This document shows, piece by piece, positions 1-11,440 of a stretch of 59,564 nt of DNA. This DNA comes from Caulobacteraceae bacterium (GTDB lineage: Bacteria; Pseudomonadota; Alphaproteobacteria; Caulobacterales; Caulobacteraceae). Made by a program: the position numbers and the translations under genes. Positions within the stretch are counted from its first letter, which is position 1, and each line of letters opens with the position of its first letter. The stretch lies in assembly GCA_051002715.1 (NCBI GenBank), contig JBPCMA010000058.1:1-59564 (forward strand), given 5' to 3'. The notes beneath the pieces were generated by a model. That model was not told the origin of the DNA, ran no database searches, and saw only the letters and a program-made list of their open reading frames with translations.

Positions 1-99
1 GTGGTGTTCACCCTGATCCGCGAAGGCGACCACCGCCTCTCGCGCCCCCCCGACCTGCGCCGCCTGATCGCGGCGGTGGAGGAGATGGTGGCGCCTTAA
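1..99 (+). CDS. C-terminal end of an alpha/beta hydrolase (partial, runs off the window)
   Basis: Frame 1 reads VVFTLIREGDHRLSRPPDLRRLIAAVEEMVAP*; GDHRLSRP resembles a catalytic-His motif. Confidence 0.55.
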   Translation: MVFTLIREGDHRLSRPPDLRRLIAAVEEMVAP

Positions 100-980
100 T
101 TCTTGAGAAGCGCCTCCACCGCCGAGCGCGCCGCCGCGTCGTGCTCGGGAGACTTCAGGGCGAAGGCGACATTGGCGCGCAGCAGGCCGACCGGATCGCC
201 GCAGTCAAAGGTGGCGCCGTCGTAGCGCAGGGCGTGGAAGCTCTGGCTGTTCAGGAGCTGGAGCATGGCGTCGGTGAGCTGGATCTCGCCACCGGCCCCT
301 TTCTCGTGGGCGGCCAGGGCCTCGAAGATCTGTGGCTGGAGGATGTAGCGGCCGGAGATGAAGAGATCGGAGGGCTCGGTCCCGGACGGCGGCTTTTCGA
401 CCATGCCGGTCATGGCGGCCAGCCGGCCGCCGAAACCCTCCGCCGCCGCGCCCAGGGCGACGATGCCGTATTTGTGCGCTTCGCCCGGCGCCGCGGGTTC
501 GACCACCACGATGTTCCCCCCCACCGCGTCGTGGGCGGCGACCGCCTGGGCCAGGGCGGGGGGCGCCGCATCCATCAGCATGTCGGGCAGCATGACCGCG
601 AAGGGTTCGTCGCCGATCAGGTCGCGGGCGCACCACACCGCGTGGCCGAGGCCCAGAGGGGCCATCTGGCGCACGAAGCTCATCTGGCCGGGCCCCAGAA
701 GATCGGCGCGGATGGCGGCGAGAGGGCCCGCCTTGCCCTTGGCGGCCAGCTCCGCCTCCAGCTCATAGGCGTGGTCGAAATAGTCCTCGATGGCCCCCTG
801 GCCGCGGCCGACCACGAAGACGAAATGCTCGATCCCCGCCGCCCGCCCCTCGGCGACCACGTGGCTGAGGATCGGCCGGTCGAACACATTGAGCAGGTTC
901 TTCGGCGTCGCCTTGGCGGCGGGCAGGATTCTTGTCCCCAGACCGGCCACCGGCAGCACCGCCTTGCGCACGCGACTCAT
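96..980 (-). CDS. galU: UTP--glucose-1-phosphate uridylyltransferase
   Basis: KAVLPVAGLGTR, LGLGHAVWCA, VEKP and GEIQLTDA motifs. Confidence 0.95.
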   Translation of the reverse strand: MSRVRKAVLPVAGLGTRILPAAKATPKNLLNVFDRPILSHVVAEGRAAGIEHFVFVVGRGQGAIEDYFDHAYELEAELAAKGKAGPLAAIRADLLGPGQMSFVRQMAPLGLGHAVWCARDLIGDEPFAVMLPDMLMDAAPPALAQAVAAHDAVGGNIVVVEPAAPGEAHKYGIVALGAAAEGFGGRLAAMTGMVEKPPSGTEPSDLFISGRYILQPQIFEALAAHEKGAGGEIQLTDAMLQLLNSQSFHALRYDGATFDCGDPVGLLRANVAFALKSPEHDAAARSAVEALLKN

Positions 981-1010
981 GTTGGCTCCCTCAAAAAGCG
1001 CGCCGGCGGG

Positions 1011-2831
<1,821 letters not shown>

Positions 2832-3004
2832 TTTTCGTTCACCCACCCTTCATGCCCACGAGCGCAGATTTTGTCAGGCGCGGCGCGACCGGCTAGTCTT
2901 GGGCCGCTCGACATCGACGCGCCGCCTTTAGCATCCGCGGGCGGCCGGTGTCACAAATCAAAGCGTCGGGCGCGGCGGTGGCGCGCGGCAGGGAGGCTGA
3001 GGCG

Positions 3005-4357
<1,353 letters not shown>

Positions 4358-4410
4358 GGGGCTGGGCAAATCGGGCGCTTAGGAACTTCGCCTCGATTCT
4401 GTCGATCCGG

Positions 4411-4941
4411 CTACAGCGCGCCTTCCAGTTCCGAGAGACTGCGCCGGATCCGCTCGCCGATCTGAGTGGGGTCAGCGTCCAGAGCTTCGTTCGCGGCGCG
4501 TATCGCCCTGGCCTCGACCATCATCTCCCGCGGCGCCTTGTGATTGAGGTAAAGCCAGCGGGAGACATCCGCCCATTCCCACAAGGGGCTGTCGCTGGTC
4601 ACCCTGGCCACCGGGGCGGGGAAATTCTTGCCGCGCAGGGCCTTGCCGTAGTTGGACGCGGCGGCGCGCGACAGGGAAGCGCGGGCGGCGATGTCCGAGA
4701 GGCTGACCAGCGGATCGGGCTCGATGCGCTCGATGACCGCCCCAGCCCCGGTCACATTCGCCGCCGCCGAGGCTATGGCTTCGCCGATGGAGGCCGCCTC
4801 GCGGGCGAAATCGACGATGATCACGCCCCTCTGGAACGAGATTGTCGCATCGTCGCAACCGGCGTCATAGAATCGCGACTCGAAATCCTCGGACGCCGGG
4901 TCCAGGCCCGAGGCGACAATGGCGAAATCATAGGTCTTCAT
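4411..4941 (-). CDS. HTH DNA-binding protein, probable antitoxin (176 aa)
   Basis: MKTYDF start coupled to the upstream stop (TGATG); C-terminal LVSLSDIAARASLSRAA...FPAPV...PLWEWADV HTH. Confidence 0.7.
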   Translation of the reverse strand: MKTYDFAIVASGLDPASEDFESRFYDAGCDDATISFQRGVIIVDFAREAASIGEAIASAAANVTGAGAVIERIEPDPLVSLSDIAARASLSRAAASNYGKALRGKNFPAPVARVTSDSPLWEWADVSRWLYLNHKAPREMMVEARAIRAANEALDADPTQIGERIRRSLSELEGAL

Positions 4942-5175
4942 CAGGCCCGCGCCTTTCCGCCATGCAAGCAGCGATTCACTGCCCGGACGATCTGCCGAGC
5001 GTGGTCGCCGGAGTTCCTGGGCGTTCCGTTCACCCCCACTTGGCAACCCTCGCGATCGGCCTGCGGGCAGAACAGGCGGCCCCAGTGGCCCATCTTGCGG
5101 AACCGCCAACCCTTGGTTTCGGCGTAGCGAATGGCGTCCTCAACATTCCTGCCTGGGGTGACGCGGCCGGGTCAC
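4941..5175 (-). pseudogene. HicA-like small toxin gene with a +1 frameshift
   Basis: VTRPRHPRQE in one frame continues as VEDAIRYAETKGWRFRKMGHWGRLFCP...NGTPRNSGDHARQIVRAVNRC in another; upstream TTGACA-N17-CATCTT promoter. Confidence 0.6.
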
Positions 5176-5374
5176 CTGCGTGCGCCCAAGATGTGCTTGG
5201 CGTGAACAAATGTCAACATAGGAGTCATCCGGGCTTATCGCCAAAACCGCCAAGGCGAGCAGAGCTATTTGGGTCGAGGGCCGGATTGCCGCATCCCGTC
5301 GTGAGAGCAAAAATAACTCTGACCCTTTTTGGCCGACGCGCCGCCTGTCAGACTCGAACTGACGATCCCCGCAT

Positions 5375-5707
5375 TACGAAGTCTGCGACTGGTATCTCTC
5401 CGAAGCACGAAGCCAGCGGCTTCTGGGCCGCAACCGGCGGCCGATCAAGGAATCGACCCTCGCGAACCATGAGGGACGCATAAAGCTCCACATCAGACCC
5501 CTGGTCGGCGCTCGCGCGGTGCGAACGCTCACCTTAGCCGATATCGAAAGGATGCAGGCGGAGATCGCTCGCGGCGCGACGACAAAGCCCCGCAAAGACG
5601 GCTGCGGAGGAGCGATGAAGGCCGGATTGGGCGTGGCCGGTCGGTCGGTGGCGACGCTCCGAGCCGTATTCGGACACGCCAAGCGTTGCCGACCTCGGGT
5701 TTTCTGA
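5375..5707 (+). pseudogene. Tyrosine recombinase/integrase N-terminal remnant
   Basis: EVCDWYL...IKESTL...RIKLHIRPLVG...LTLADIERM...ATLRAVFGHA resembles an integrase core-binding domain; no start codon or catalytic domain. Confidence 0.6.
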
Positions 5708-5868
5708 ACTGCCGATCGCTGGCTTGCTTGGACACGCCCCGATGGGGGTCGCTCAACGGTGTGGTCACCTGAACAAGGCGCTGGTGGTCCCGGCCGACGA
5801 GGTTTCACATTGAAAACCTTTTGTCGCGGGTTGCGGCACGCGAGCTGCGAGCGCAAGGCGAGGGCGGG

Positions 5869-7980
5869 TCACTTCGCCGGGCCAAGCTGGTCCAGCATGA
5901 AGGCGTAGGCTTCGGCCGTATCGTGGAAGCGCTGGAATCGCCCCGATTTGCCGCCGTGCCCGGCCTCCATATTGATCCGCAGCACCAGAGGATTGGCGTC
6001 GGTCTTGGTCGCTCGCAGCTTAGCGACCCATTTGGTCGGCTCATAGTACTGAACCTGGCTGTCCCACAGCCCGGTCGAGACGAACATCGCCGGATAGGTC
6101 TGGGCGGTGACATTGTCGTAGGGTGAATAGGACAGCATGTAGTCGTAATAGGCCTTGGCCTTCGGATTGCCCCACTCGTCGAACTCGTTAGTGGTCAGTG
6201 GGATGCTCTCGTCGAGCATGGTGGTGACCACGTCGACGAACGGCACCTGGGCGACGATCACCCGATAGTCCCGCGGCGCCATGTTGGCGATGGCGCCCAT
6301 CAAGAGGCCGCCGGCGCTGCGACCCATGGCCGCGACCCGGTCCTTGGCGGCATAGCCCTGGGCGACCAGGCCGCGTGTCACATCGATGAAGTCAGTGAAG
6401 GTGTTGCGCTTTTTGAGCAGGTGACCGTCGTCATACCAGGCGCGGCCCATCTCTTGGCCGCCGCGGATGTGGCCGATGGCGTAGACCATGCCGCGATCCA
6501 GCAGGCTGACCACCGGCGCCGAGAACGTCGGATCGGTCGATACGCCGTAGCTGCCGTAGGCGTATTGCAGCATGGCGGCGGAGCCATCCTTCCTGAAACC
6601 CTTGCGATAGGCCAGCGACACCGGCACGCGCGTTCCGTCCCGCGCCCTGATCCACACGCGTTCGGTGACATAGTTGGACGGGTCGTAGCCGATCACCGGC
6701 TGGCGCTTCAGCAAGGTGCGCTGGCCGCTCTTCAGGTCGACCCGGTAGGTCGTCGTCGGTGTGGTCAGGGAATCGTAGGTGTAGTTGAGCGAGGTCGCGT
6801 CGGCGTCCTCGTTCTCAGCGAAGCTCATGGCGTAGGCAGGTTCGTCGGCGGCGACGAAACGGCCCTCCCCCTGGTCGGGGCGAATGTGCAGCCGCTTCAG
6901 TGCCTCGGCGCGTTCCTCGGTGACCAGCGCGCCGTGGAACAGGGTCACCGCCTCGATGAAGACCTTTGGATCGTACGGCCCCACCACGCTCCAGCGCGTC
7001 CGATCGCCCCACGGTTCGCCGTCCTTCAGGCTCATCAGCCGGTAGTTGGGCGCGTCCCAATTGGTGCGGAACACCCAGCGGCCATCCAGGTGGTCGGCGT
7101 CGAATAGGTGGCCGCGAAGGCGCGGCGACAGCACCGCGAATTCGCTGGGACGGTCGGCGGGGGCGCATCGCTCCTCGTTGCTGACCGTGCTCTGCAGGAC
7201 GATGCAGACGAAGCGGTCGTCGCGGGTGCGCGCCACGCTCATATAGAAGCTGTCGTCGGTCTCCTCATAGACCAGCCGGTCGGCGGAGGCGGGCGTGCCG
7301 AGCACATGAGCCTTGACCCGCTTGGAAAGCAGGGTGACCGGGTCCTTCTCGATATAGAAGACCGTCCGGCCGTCCTCGCTCCACACCAGGTTGGGCTCGA
7401 CATTGGGTACGGTGTCGGCCAGCACCCGACCCATCGCCAGATCCTTGATTTTGAGGACATATTGGCGCCGGCCGACATCGTCCTCGGCCCAGGCCAGCAG
7501 CCTGCCATCCTGGCTCACCGCGGTGTCGCCGATCTGGAAGAAGCCGAGCCCCTTGGCCATGCCGGGGCCGTCGAGCATGACCCGCTCGGGCGCGTCTAAG
7601 GTGGCCGCCTTGCGCGCATAGACCGGGTAGTCCTGGCCGGTGTCGAAGCGCGAATAGTACCAATAGCCGCGACGGAAATAGGGGACGGTGCTGTCGTCCT
7701 GCTTGATGCGCCCGACGATCTCGTCGTAGAGCACGTCCCGCAACGGCCGGTCCCTGGCCAGGACCACATCGGCATAGGCGTTCTCGGCCTTGAGGTGAGC
7801 CAACATCCGGGGATTCTCGCGGGTGTCGTCGCGCAGCCAATAATAGGGGTCGGCGCGCGCGCCGTTGGGCGAGGTCACCTCGAAAGGCCGCTGCTCCGTC
7901 GGCGGCGGCGCGGGTGTCTGGGCCTGGGCCTGCCCGGCCAGCATCAACACCAAGGCCACCAGCCCGCCGCGCGCGATCAT
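5869..7980 (-). CDS. ptrB: Oligopeptidase B (S9A), signal peptide
   Basis: DPYYWLRD, GRSAGG nucleophile, DSQVQYYEP, EAGHGG. Confidence 0.92.
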   Translation of the reverse strand: MIARGGLVALVLMLAGQAQAQTPAPPPTEQRPFEVTSPNGARADPYYWLRDDTRENPRMLAHLKAENAYADVVLARDRPLRDVLYDEIVGRIKQDDSTVPYFRRGYWYYSRFDTGQDYPVYARKAATLDAPERVMLDGPGMAKGLGFFQIGDTAVSQDGRLLAWAEDDVGRRQYVLKIKDLAMGRVLADTVPNVEPNLVWSEDGRTVFYIEKDPVTLLSKRVKAHVLGTPASADRLVYEETDDSFYMSVARTRDDRFVCIVLQSTVSNEERCAPADRPSEFAVLSPRLRGHLFDADHLDGRWVFRTNWDAPNYRLMSLKDGEPWGDRTRWSVVGPYDPKVFIEAVTLFHGALVTEERAEALKRLHIRPDQGEGRFVAADEPAYAMSFAENEDADATSLNYTYDSLTTPTTTYRVDLKSGQRTLLKRQPVIGYDPSNYVTERVWIRARDGTRVPVSLAYRKGFRKDGSAAMLQYAYGSYGVSTDPTFSAPVVSLLDRGMVYAIGHIRGGQEMGRAWYDDGHLLKKRNTFTDFIDVTRGLVAQGYAAKDRVAAMGRSAGGLLMGAIANMAPRDYRVIVAQVPFVDVVTTMLDESIPLTTNEFDEWGNPKAKAYYDYMLSYSPYDNVTAQTYPAMFVSTGLWDSQVQYYEPTKWVAKLRATKTDANPLVLRINMEAGHGGKSGRFQRFHDTAEAYAFMLDQLGPAK

Positions 7981-8065
7981 TCTCGGCCCTCGCGTTTGCA
8001 TGGAGCTTGTCACGCGTCCGCCGCGTTGGCTAGACAACCGGGATCGTGGGATGTTGAGCTAAAGC

Positions 8066-9331
8066 TCAGCTCAGCCTCGCCTCGAAGGCCTTCGCGACAT
8101 CGGGTCCGGCGACCTGCCTCAGATCGCGCAGGAAGGCCTGGGTCGTGACCGGCGGGTCGCGCCGCACCAGGACGCGATCGAGCGCCGGCCTGCCGATCTG
8201 CTTTTCGAGGTCGAACAGCAGCACCGGGCCCTTGTCGTAGAGCGCCGCGCGGGTCGGCTTGCGGTTCTGCCCAATCAAGGGCCCGGCGCCGATCATCGCC
8301 TTGCGCTTGCGCTCCAGCACGGCGTCGCGTTCCTTGACACCCAGGGTGACCTCGGCATAGCGCAGGGCGAAATACTCGGCCACCGATTCCGATACCCAGG
8401 CGCTGTCATAGTCGAGGCCCTGGACGCTCTCCTTCCAGGCGTGTCGGAATTCGTGGGAGACGAAACGGGCGGGGCTGGATTCGTCGAAGGGAGGCGTCGG
8501 ATCGCCGGGCTTCCTGAAGGTCGGCATGACCACGAAGCTGCGCTCGCCATAGCCGGCGCCGTTGCCGCGCGGCACGATGACCATGCGCACCGGGTCGGGA
8601 TTGGGCGGGCCATAGAGGCGACGATAGGAGGCCGCCGCTCCGAAGGCGTGTTTGCGCAGCATGGCGACAAGGGGATCGGCCTGATCGGCGGCGTAGAAGT
8701 CGACGTCCGGCCCCTTGACCAGTTTCAGCCCGACGGCGCCGTCGATCGGCAGATCGAACTCGGCCGTTTCGCGGTGGATGATCGGCCGGTCGCCTTCGCG
8801 GTCGAAATGGCCCTGGGCGACCACCACCAGGTCGGCGGGCAGGCCGCCGATCTCGGCGTCCGCGGTGAAGGGCATCGCCAAGTCTTCCCGGGCCGGCAGC
8901 CACATGACTTCGAGATCCAGTTCCACCCGCCGAGGCGAAAGGGCCGGCGGATCGTCGCCGGCCGTGTTCACCGGGCCGTCATAGGCGATGGTGACGACGT
9001 GCGTGGTTGGCTTGCCGGCGTAGGTCACGGCGATGCGGTGAAGGTGCGGCAACGGCTTGTCGGCGGGCGTGACGGTCACCGCTCCGCCCGGCCCGGCGGC
9101 GACGCGATCTAGCTTGAAGCGGTCGCCGAGGATGAAGGCGGTTTCCCCGCTTGAGGCCGGCAAGGTCACCTTGACGGTGGCCGCGATCCGGCCGGTCGTC
9201 GCGTCGACTCGCGCCCTCAGGTCATAGTGGGCGGGGGCGGCCGCCAGGGCCGCGGTCGGCGCGGACGCCACTGATAGGAGAAGCGCGGCCGCCCAGCCAC
9301 GCCGCGTCGCCCAACCCGCGGAATCGACCAT
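8066..9331 (-). CDS. Exported M1-like (gluzincin) metallopeptidase
   Basis: Signal peptide; HEFRH zinc motif, downstream WVSESVAEY, LYDKG. Confidence 0.8.
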   Translation of the reverse strand: MVDSAGWATRRGWAAALLLSVASAPTAALAAAPAHYDLRARVDATTGRIAATVKVTLPASSGETAFILGDRFKLDRVAAGPGGAVTVTPADKPLPHLHRIAVTYAGKPTTHVVTIAYDGPVNTAGDDPPALSPRRVELDLEVMWLPAREDLAMPFTADAEIGGLPADLVVVAQGHFDREGDRPIIHRETAEFDLPIDGAVGLKLVKGPDVDFYAADQADPLVAMLRKHAFGAAASYRRLYGPPNPDPVRMVIVPRGNGAGYGERSFVVMPTFRKPGDPTPPFDESSPARFVSHEFRHAWKESVQGLDYDSAWVSESVAEYFALRYAEVTLGVKERDAVLERKRKAMIGAGPLIGQNRKPTRAALYDKGPVLLFDLEKQIGRPALDRVLVRRDPPVTTQAFLRDLRQVAGPDVAKAFEARLS

Positions 9332-9339
9332 GGCGACCC

Positions 9340-9615
9340 CTAGCCGGCCGGCGTGACGGTGCGAACCGTCTTGCCGGCGTCGTCGAGGAACTGGATCGAC
9401 GCCTTGCCTTCCGGCGTCACTTCCAGCAGCAGGCGCGGGCGCCCCTTGGCGTCCTCAAGCGCCAGCATCGATATGCCGGCCTGTTTGCCGACGAACAACC
9501 GGGACGCGCCACCTTCCCCCGAGGCGCGGAGCTTGGCGATGATCGCGGTCTTCCGCGGGCCGTCCGGCATGGCCTCGATCCGCGTCAACTTGTCGATGTC
9601 CATGGGTTTGCCGGG
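9340..9615 (-). pseudogene. 3' part of the host gene interrupted by the prophage
   Basis: PGKPMDID...RPRLLLEVTPEGKASIQFLDDAGK matches the C-termini of paralogs at 53509 and 54231; joins in frame with 51096-51538. Confidence 0.9.
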
Positions 9616-9642
9616 TGTGAGGGGACAAGAGTAACTGGAGTC
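9616..9642 (+). repeat. Left terminal transposase-binding site L1
   Basis: TGTGAGGGGACAAGAGTAACTGGAGTC, inverted counterpart of the right end TGTAGCGGGACAAGAGGTTCTGGAGTC. Confidence 0.9.
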
Positions 9643-9770
9643 CGGGATGAGGCGGGATTTGGCGGGACCACGTGGGACGAAAACCTTACAAACAAAGGGT
9701 TTCATAAAAAATGGGCCGGCCGGATCGGTGCGGAGTGATGTCTAGAGTCGGGCGCGGTTTTGGCAGGGTT

Positions 9771-9792
9771 CGGGACAAGAGCTTTTAGAGTC
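9771..9792 (+). repeat. Internal left-end transposase-binding site
   Basis: CGGGACAAGAGCTTTTAGAGTC, same consensus as L1, R1 and R2. Confidence 0.85.
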
Positions 9793-10058
9793 TCTGGCGC
9801 ACTGCGCAAGGCCTCTCAGGAACCGCCCAGGAAGCTCTCAGGCCTTTCTCATCAACGGCTTGTGTCGGTAGAGGGAGCGTTGGAGGCCGTCGCCGACGGA
9901 ACTGGAAGTGGGCGGATTCGCATCGGAAGTGGGCGGTTTAAGTCGCCCAGTTCGCAGGGAGGGCACCCACTTTCGGAACCAATTGAAAGTCCTAATAAAA
10001 AATGGCCCGACGCGACCCGGCCGGGCCATGTTGCGGCGCAGCGAACTGGGAGTCGTTT

Positions 10059-10421
10059 TCAGCGGGTTTTTGGGTCGAGGACGATGCCGCGCAGGCCCAG
10101 GAGAAGGACGCGAAGCTCGTCCCAGGTCATCTGGCGACCGCGCTTGCGCCAGGCGGCCAGGCACGAGCGGGTGACGGCGGCGGCGGCCTCGATGGCCCCG
10201 CTTCGATCGCCAACGGCCACCAGCGCGCCCTGGCCGGCCCCTTCGGCCAGCGCCGCCGCCCCCGCCGCGAAGGCGTCGATGATCTCGCCGTCGGTGAGAT
10301 CGACCAGGCGCCGCACCTCTATATAGATGTCGGCGGGGAGCAGAGACTCGCCCAGCTCCGCCCCGGCGCCCTCGCGGTCGGCGAAGTCGCGCCGGGGGTA
10401 TCGAGCCGCGCCGCTGGTCAC
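10059..10421 (-). CDS. Hypothetical protein (120 aa)
   Basis: GTG start overlaps the upstream stop (GTGA); last gene of the HTH operon. Confidence 0.55.
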   Translation of the reverse strand: MTSGAARYPRRDFADREGAGAELGESLLPADIYIEVRRLVDLTDGEIIDAFAAGAAALAEGAGQGALVAVGDRSGAIEAAAAVTRSCLAAWRKRGRQMTWDELRVLLLGLRGIVLDPKTR

Positions 10422-10822
10422 GGGGCGTGCATCGCGATGCGATCGGTGACGCCGGCCAGGGCGCGGGCGGCGTCGATGGACAAGCCGAGCCATCGGCGCA
10501 CCTCGGAGCCGACACCGTTGACCCCGAACGGCGCCTCAACGCCGAGCAGGGGCGGCGCCATCGCCCGCCGCTGCGCCTCGGTAGGCGGGCCGGCGGGAAT
10601 GTCGGCGGTGCAGGCGAAGCGGACATAACGATTGTAGTCGCTCTCGCGGATGCGCAGGCGCCTGGCCGAAACCTCCTCCAGGCGGCCATCCTCGTGCAGC
10701 GCCAGCACGACTTCGATGACCGCCGGATCGAAAACGGTCGCGTATTGGGGCGACAGGACATCGCGCTCGTCGCGCGGGCGCTGGCTCTGGAAATCGCGGT
10801 CGAACATCATCTTGACAGGCAT
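10418..10822 (-). CDS. Hypothetical protein (134 aa)
   Basis: AGGAG RBS; TGATG coupling to the HTH gene. Confidence 0.65.
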   Translation of the reverse strand: MPVKMMFDRDFQSQRPRDERDVLSPQYATVFDPAVIEVVLALHEDGRLEEVSARRLRIRESDYNRYVRFACTADIPAGPPTEAQRRAMAPPLLGVEAPFGVNGVGSEVRRWLGLSIDAARALAGVTDRIAMHAP

Positions 10823-11022
10823 CAGGTCTCTCCTTGGGTTGTCTGGTCGATGAGGTCCAGGGCCAGCGCCAGGTAAGGGGGCGGGCGGTTGCGACCGCTC
10901 TCCCAGTCCTCCACCGTGCGCTTGGCGACGCCCAGCACCTCGCCCATGGCCCGCTGCGAGAGGTTGCGGCGGGCGCGGAAGGCGCGAAGCTCTTCCGGGG
11001 TTGGCGCGGCGGGCGGCGGCAT
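10822..11022 (-). CDS. Small XRE-type HTH regulator (Aca-like, 66 aa)
   Basis: PTPEELRAFRARRNLSQRAMGEVLGVAKRTVEDWESGRNRPPPYLALAL; GAGG RBS. Confidence 0.85.
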   Translation of the reverse strand: MPPPAAPTPEELRAFRARRNLSQRAMGEVLGVAKRTVEDWESGRNRPPPYLALALDLIDQTTQGET

Positions 11023-11087
11023 TTGGATCGCCTCTGGGATTGTGATATCAAGGGCTAGGGAGGCCGGTTTCCCGACCTCCCCGCCGG

Positions 11088-11180
11088 TTACTTTCGCCTT
11101 CTTCTGGCGGCCCAACCCATCAAGATCAGGGTCGCCAGTTGAAGCGCTAGGCTCCCGGAGACGTGAAGATGGAAATCCAT
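11088..11180 (-). CDS. 30-aa hydrophobic peptide with a basic C-terminus (not in the ORF track)
   Basis: GGAG RBS then ATG; MDFHLHVSGSLALQLATLILMGWAARRRRK*. Confidence 0.6.
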   Translation of the reverse strand: MDFHLHVSGSLALQLATLILMGWAARRRRK

Positions 11181-11230
11181 CTTTTCGGTCTCCCTGTCAC
11201 CGTGGCGGGATTGCCCGGCGACGAAAAGAC

Positions 11231-11253
11231 CATACCACATAATATGTGGTATG
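11231..11253. promoter_or_regulatory. Perfect inverted-repeat operator within a minus-strand promoter
   Basis: CATACCACATA-A-TATGTGGTATG (11-bp arms); minus strand CTGCAT-N16-TATGGT with an extended -10 TG. Confidence 0.75.
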
Positions 11254-11306
11254 CAGGGACAATCGACCGCATCGGGAAAGTTTTTTCAGGCCGGGCTTTG
11301 GAGCCG

Positions 11307-11334
11307 TTGACCTCGCTGGCCTAAGGGGTATTGT
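11307..11334 (+). promoter_or_regulatory. Sigma70-type promoter for the solitary-repeat RNA
   Basis: TTGACC-N16-TATTGT; predicted start at about 11341, at the repeat. Confidence 0.7.
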
Positions 11335-11340
11335 AGCGAA

Positions 11341-11437
11341 GGTTCGCTCCCGCGCGCGGGAGCGTGGATCAAAACACCTCTGCAGCGCCCGCGAAGATCG
11401 CCAGAACCCTCGGCCAACCCCCCGGCCGGGGGTTTTT
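11341..11437 (+). ncRNA. Solitary type I-C CRISPR-like repeat unit (candidate Racr or crRNA mimic)
   Basis: GTTCGCTCCCGCGCGCGGGAGCGTGGATCAAAAC (11342-11375) resembles the I-C repeat; followed by a 29-34 nt pseudo-spacer and a terminator hairpin. Confidence 0.75.
11405..11437 (+). terminator. Intrinsic terminator closing the solitary-repeat RNA
   Basis: AACCCTCGGCC-loop-GGCCGGGGGTT, T-tract 11433-11437. Confidence 0.8.
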
Positions 11438-11440
11438 GCC

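Noticed and set aside
11180-11330. Pseudo-spacer targeting the neighbouring promoters (CreTA-like repression of the peptide)
   Set aside because: By eye only 5-6 nt matches and no TTC PAM; 8-nt matches near 17034, 25472 and 45673 are at chance level. A computed search is still needed
11342-11437. A true CRISPR array or mini-array
   Set aside because: Only one repeat is present; the downstream hairpin is a terminator with a different sequence; no cas genes in the window
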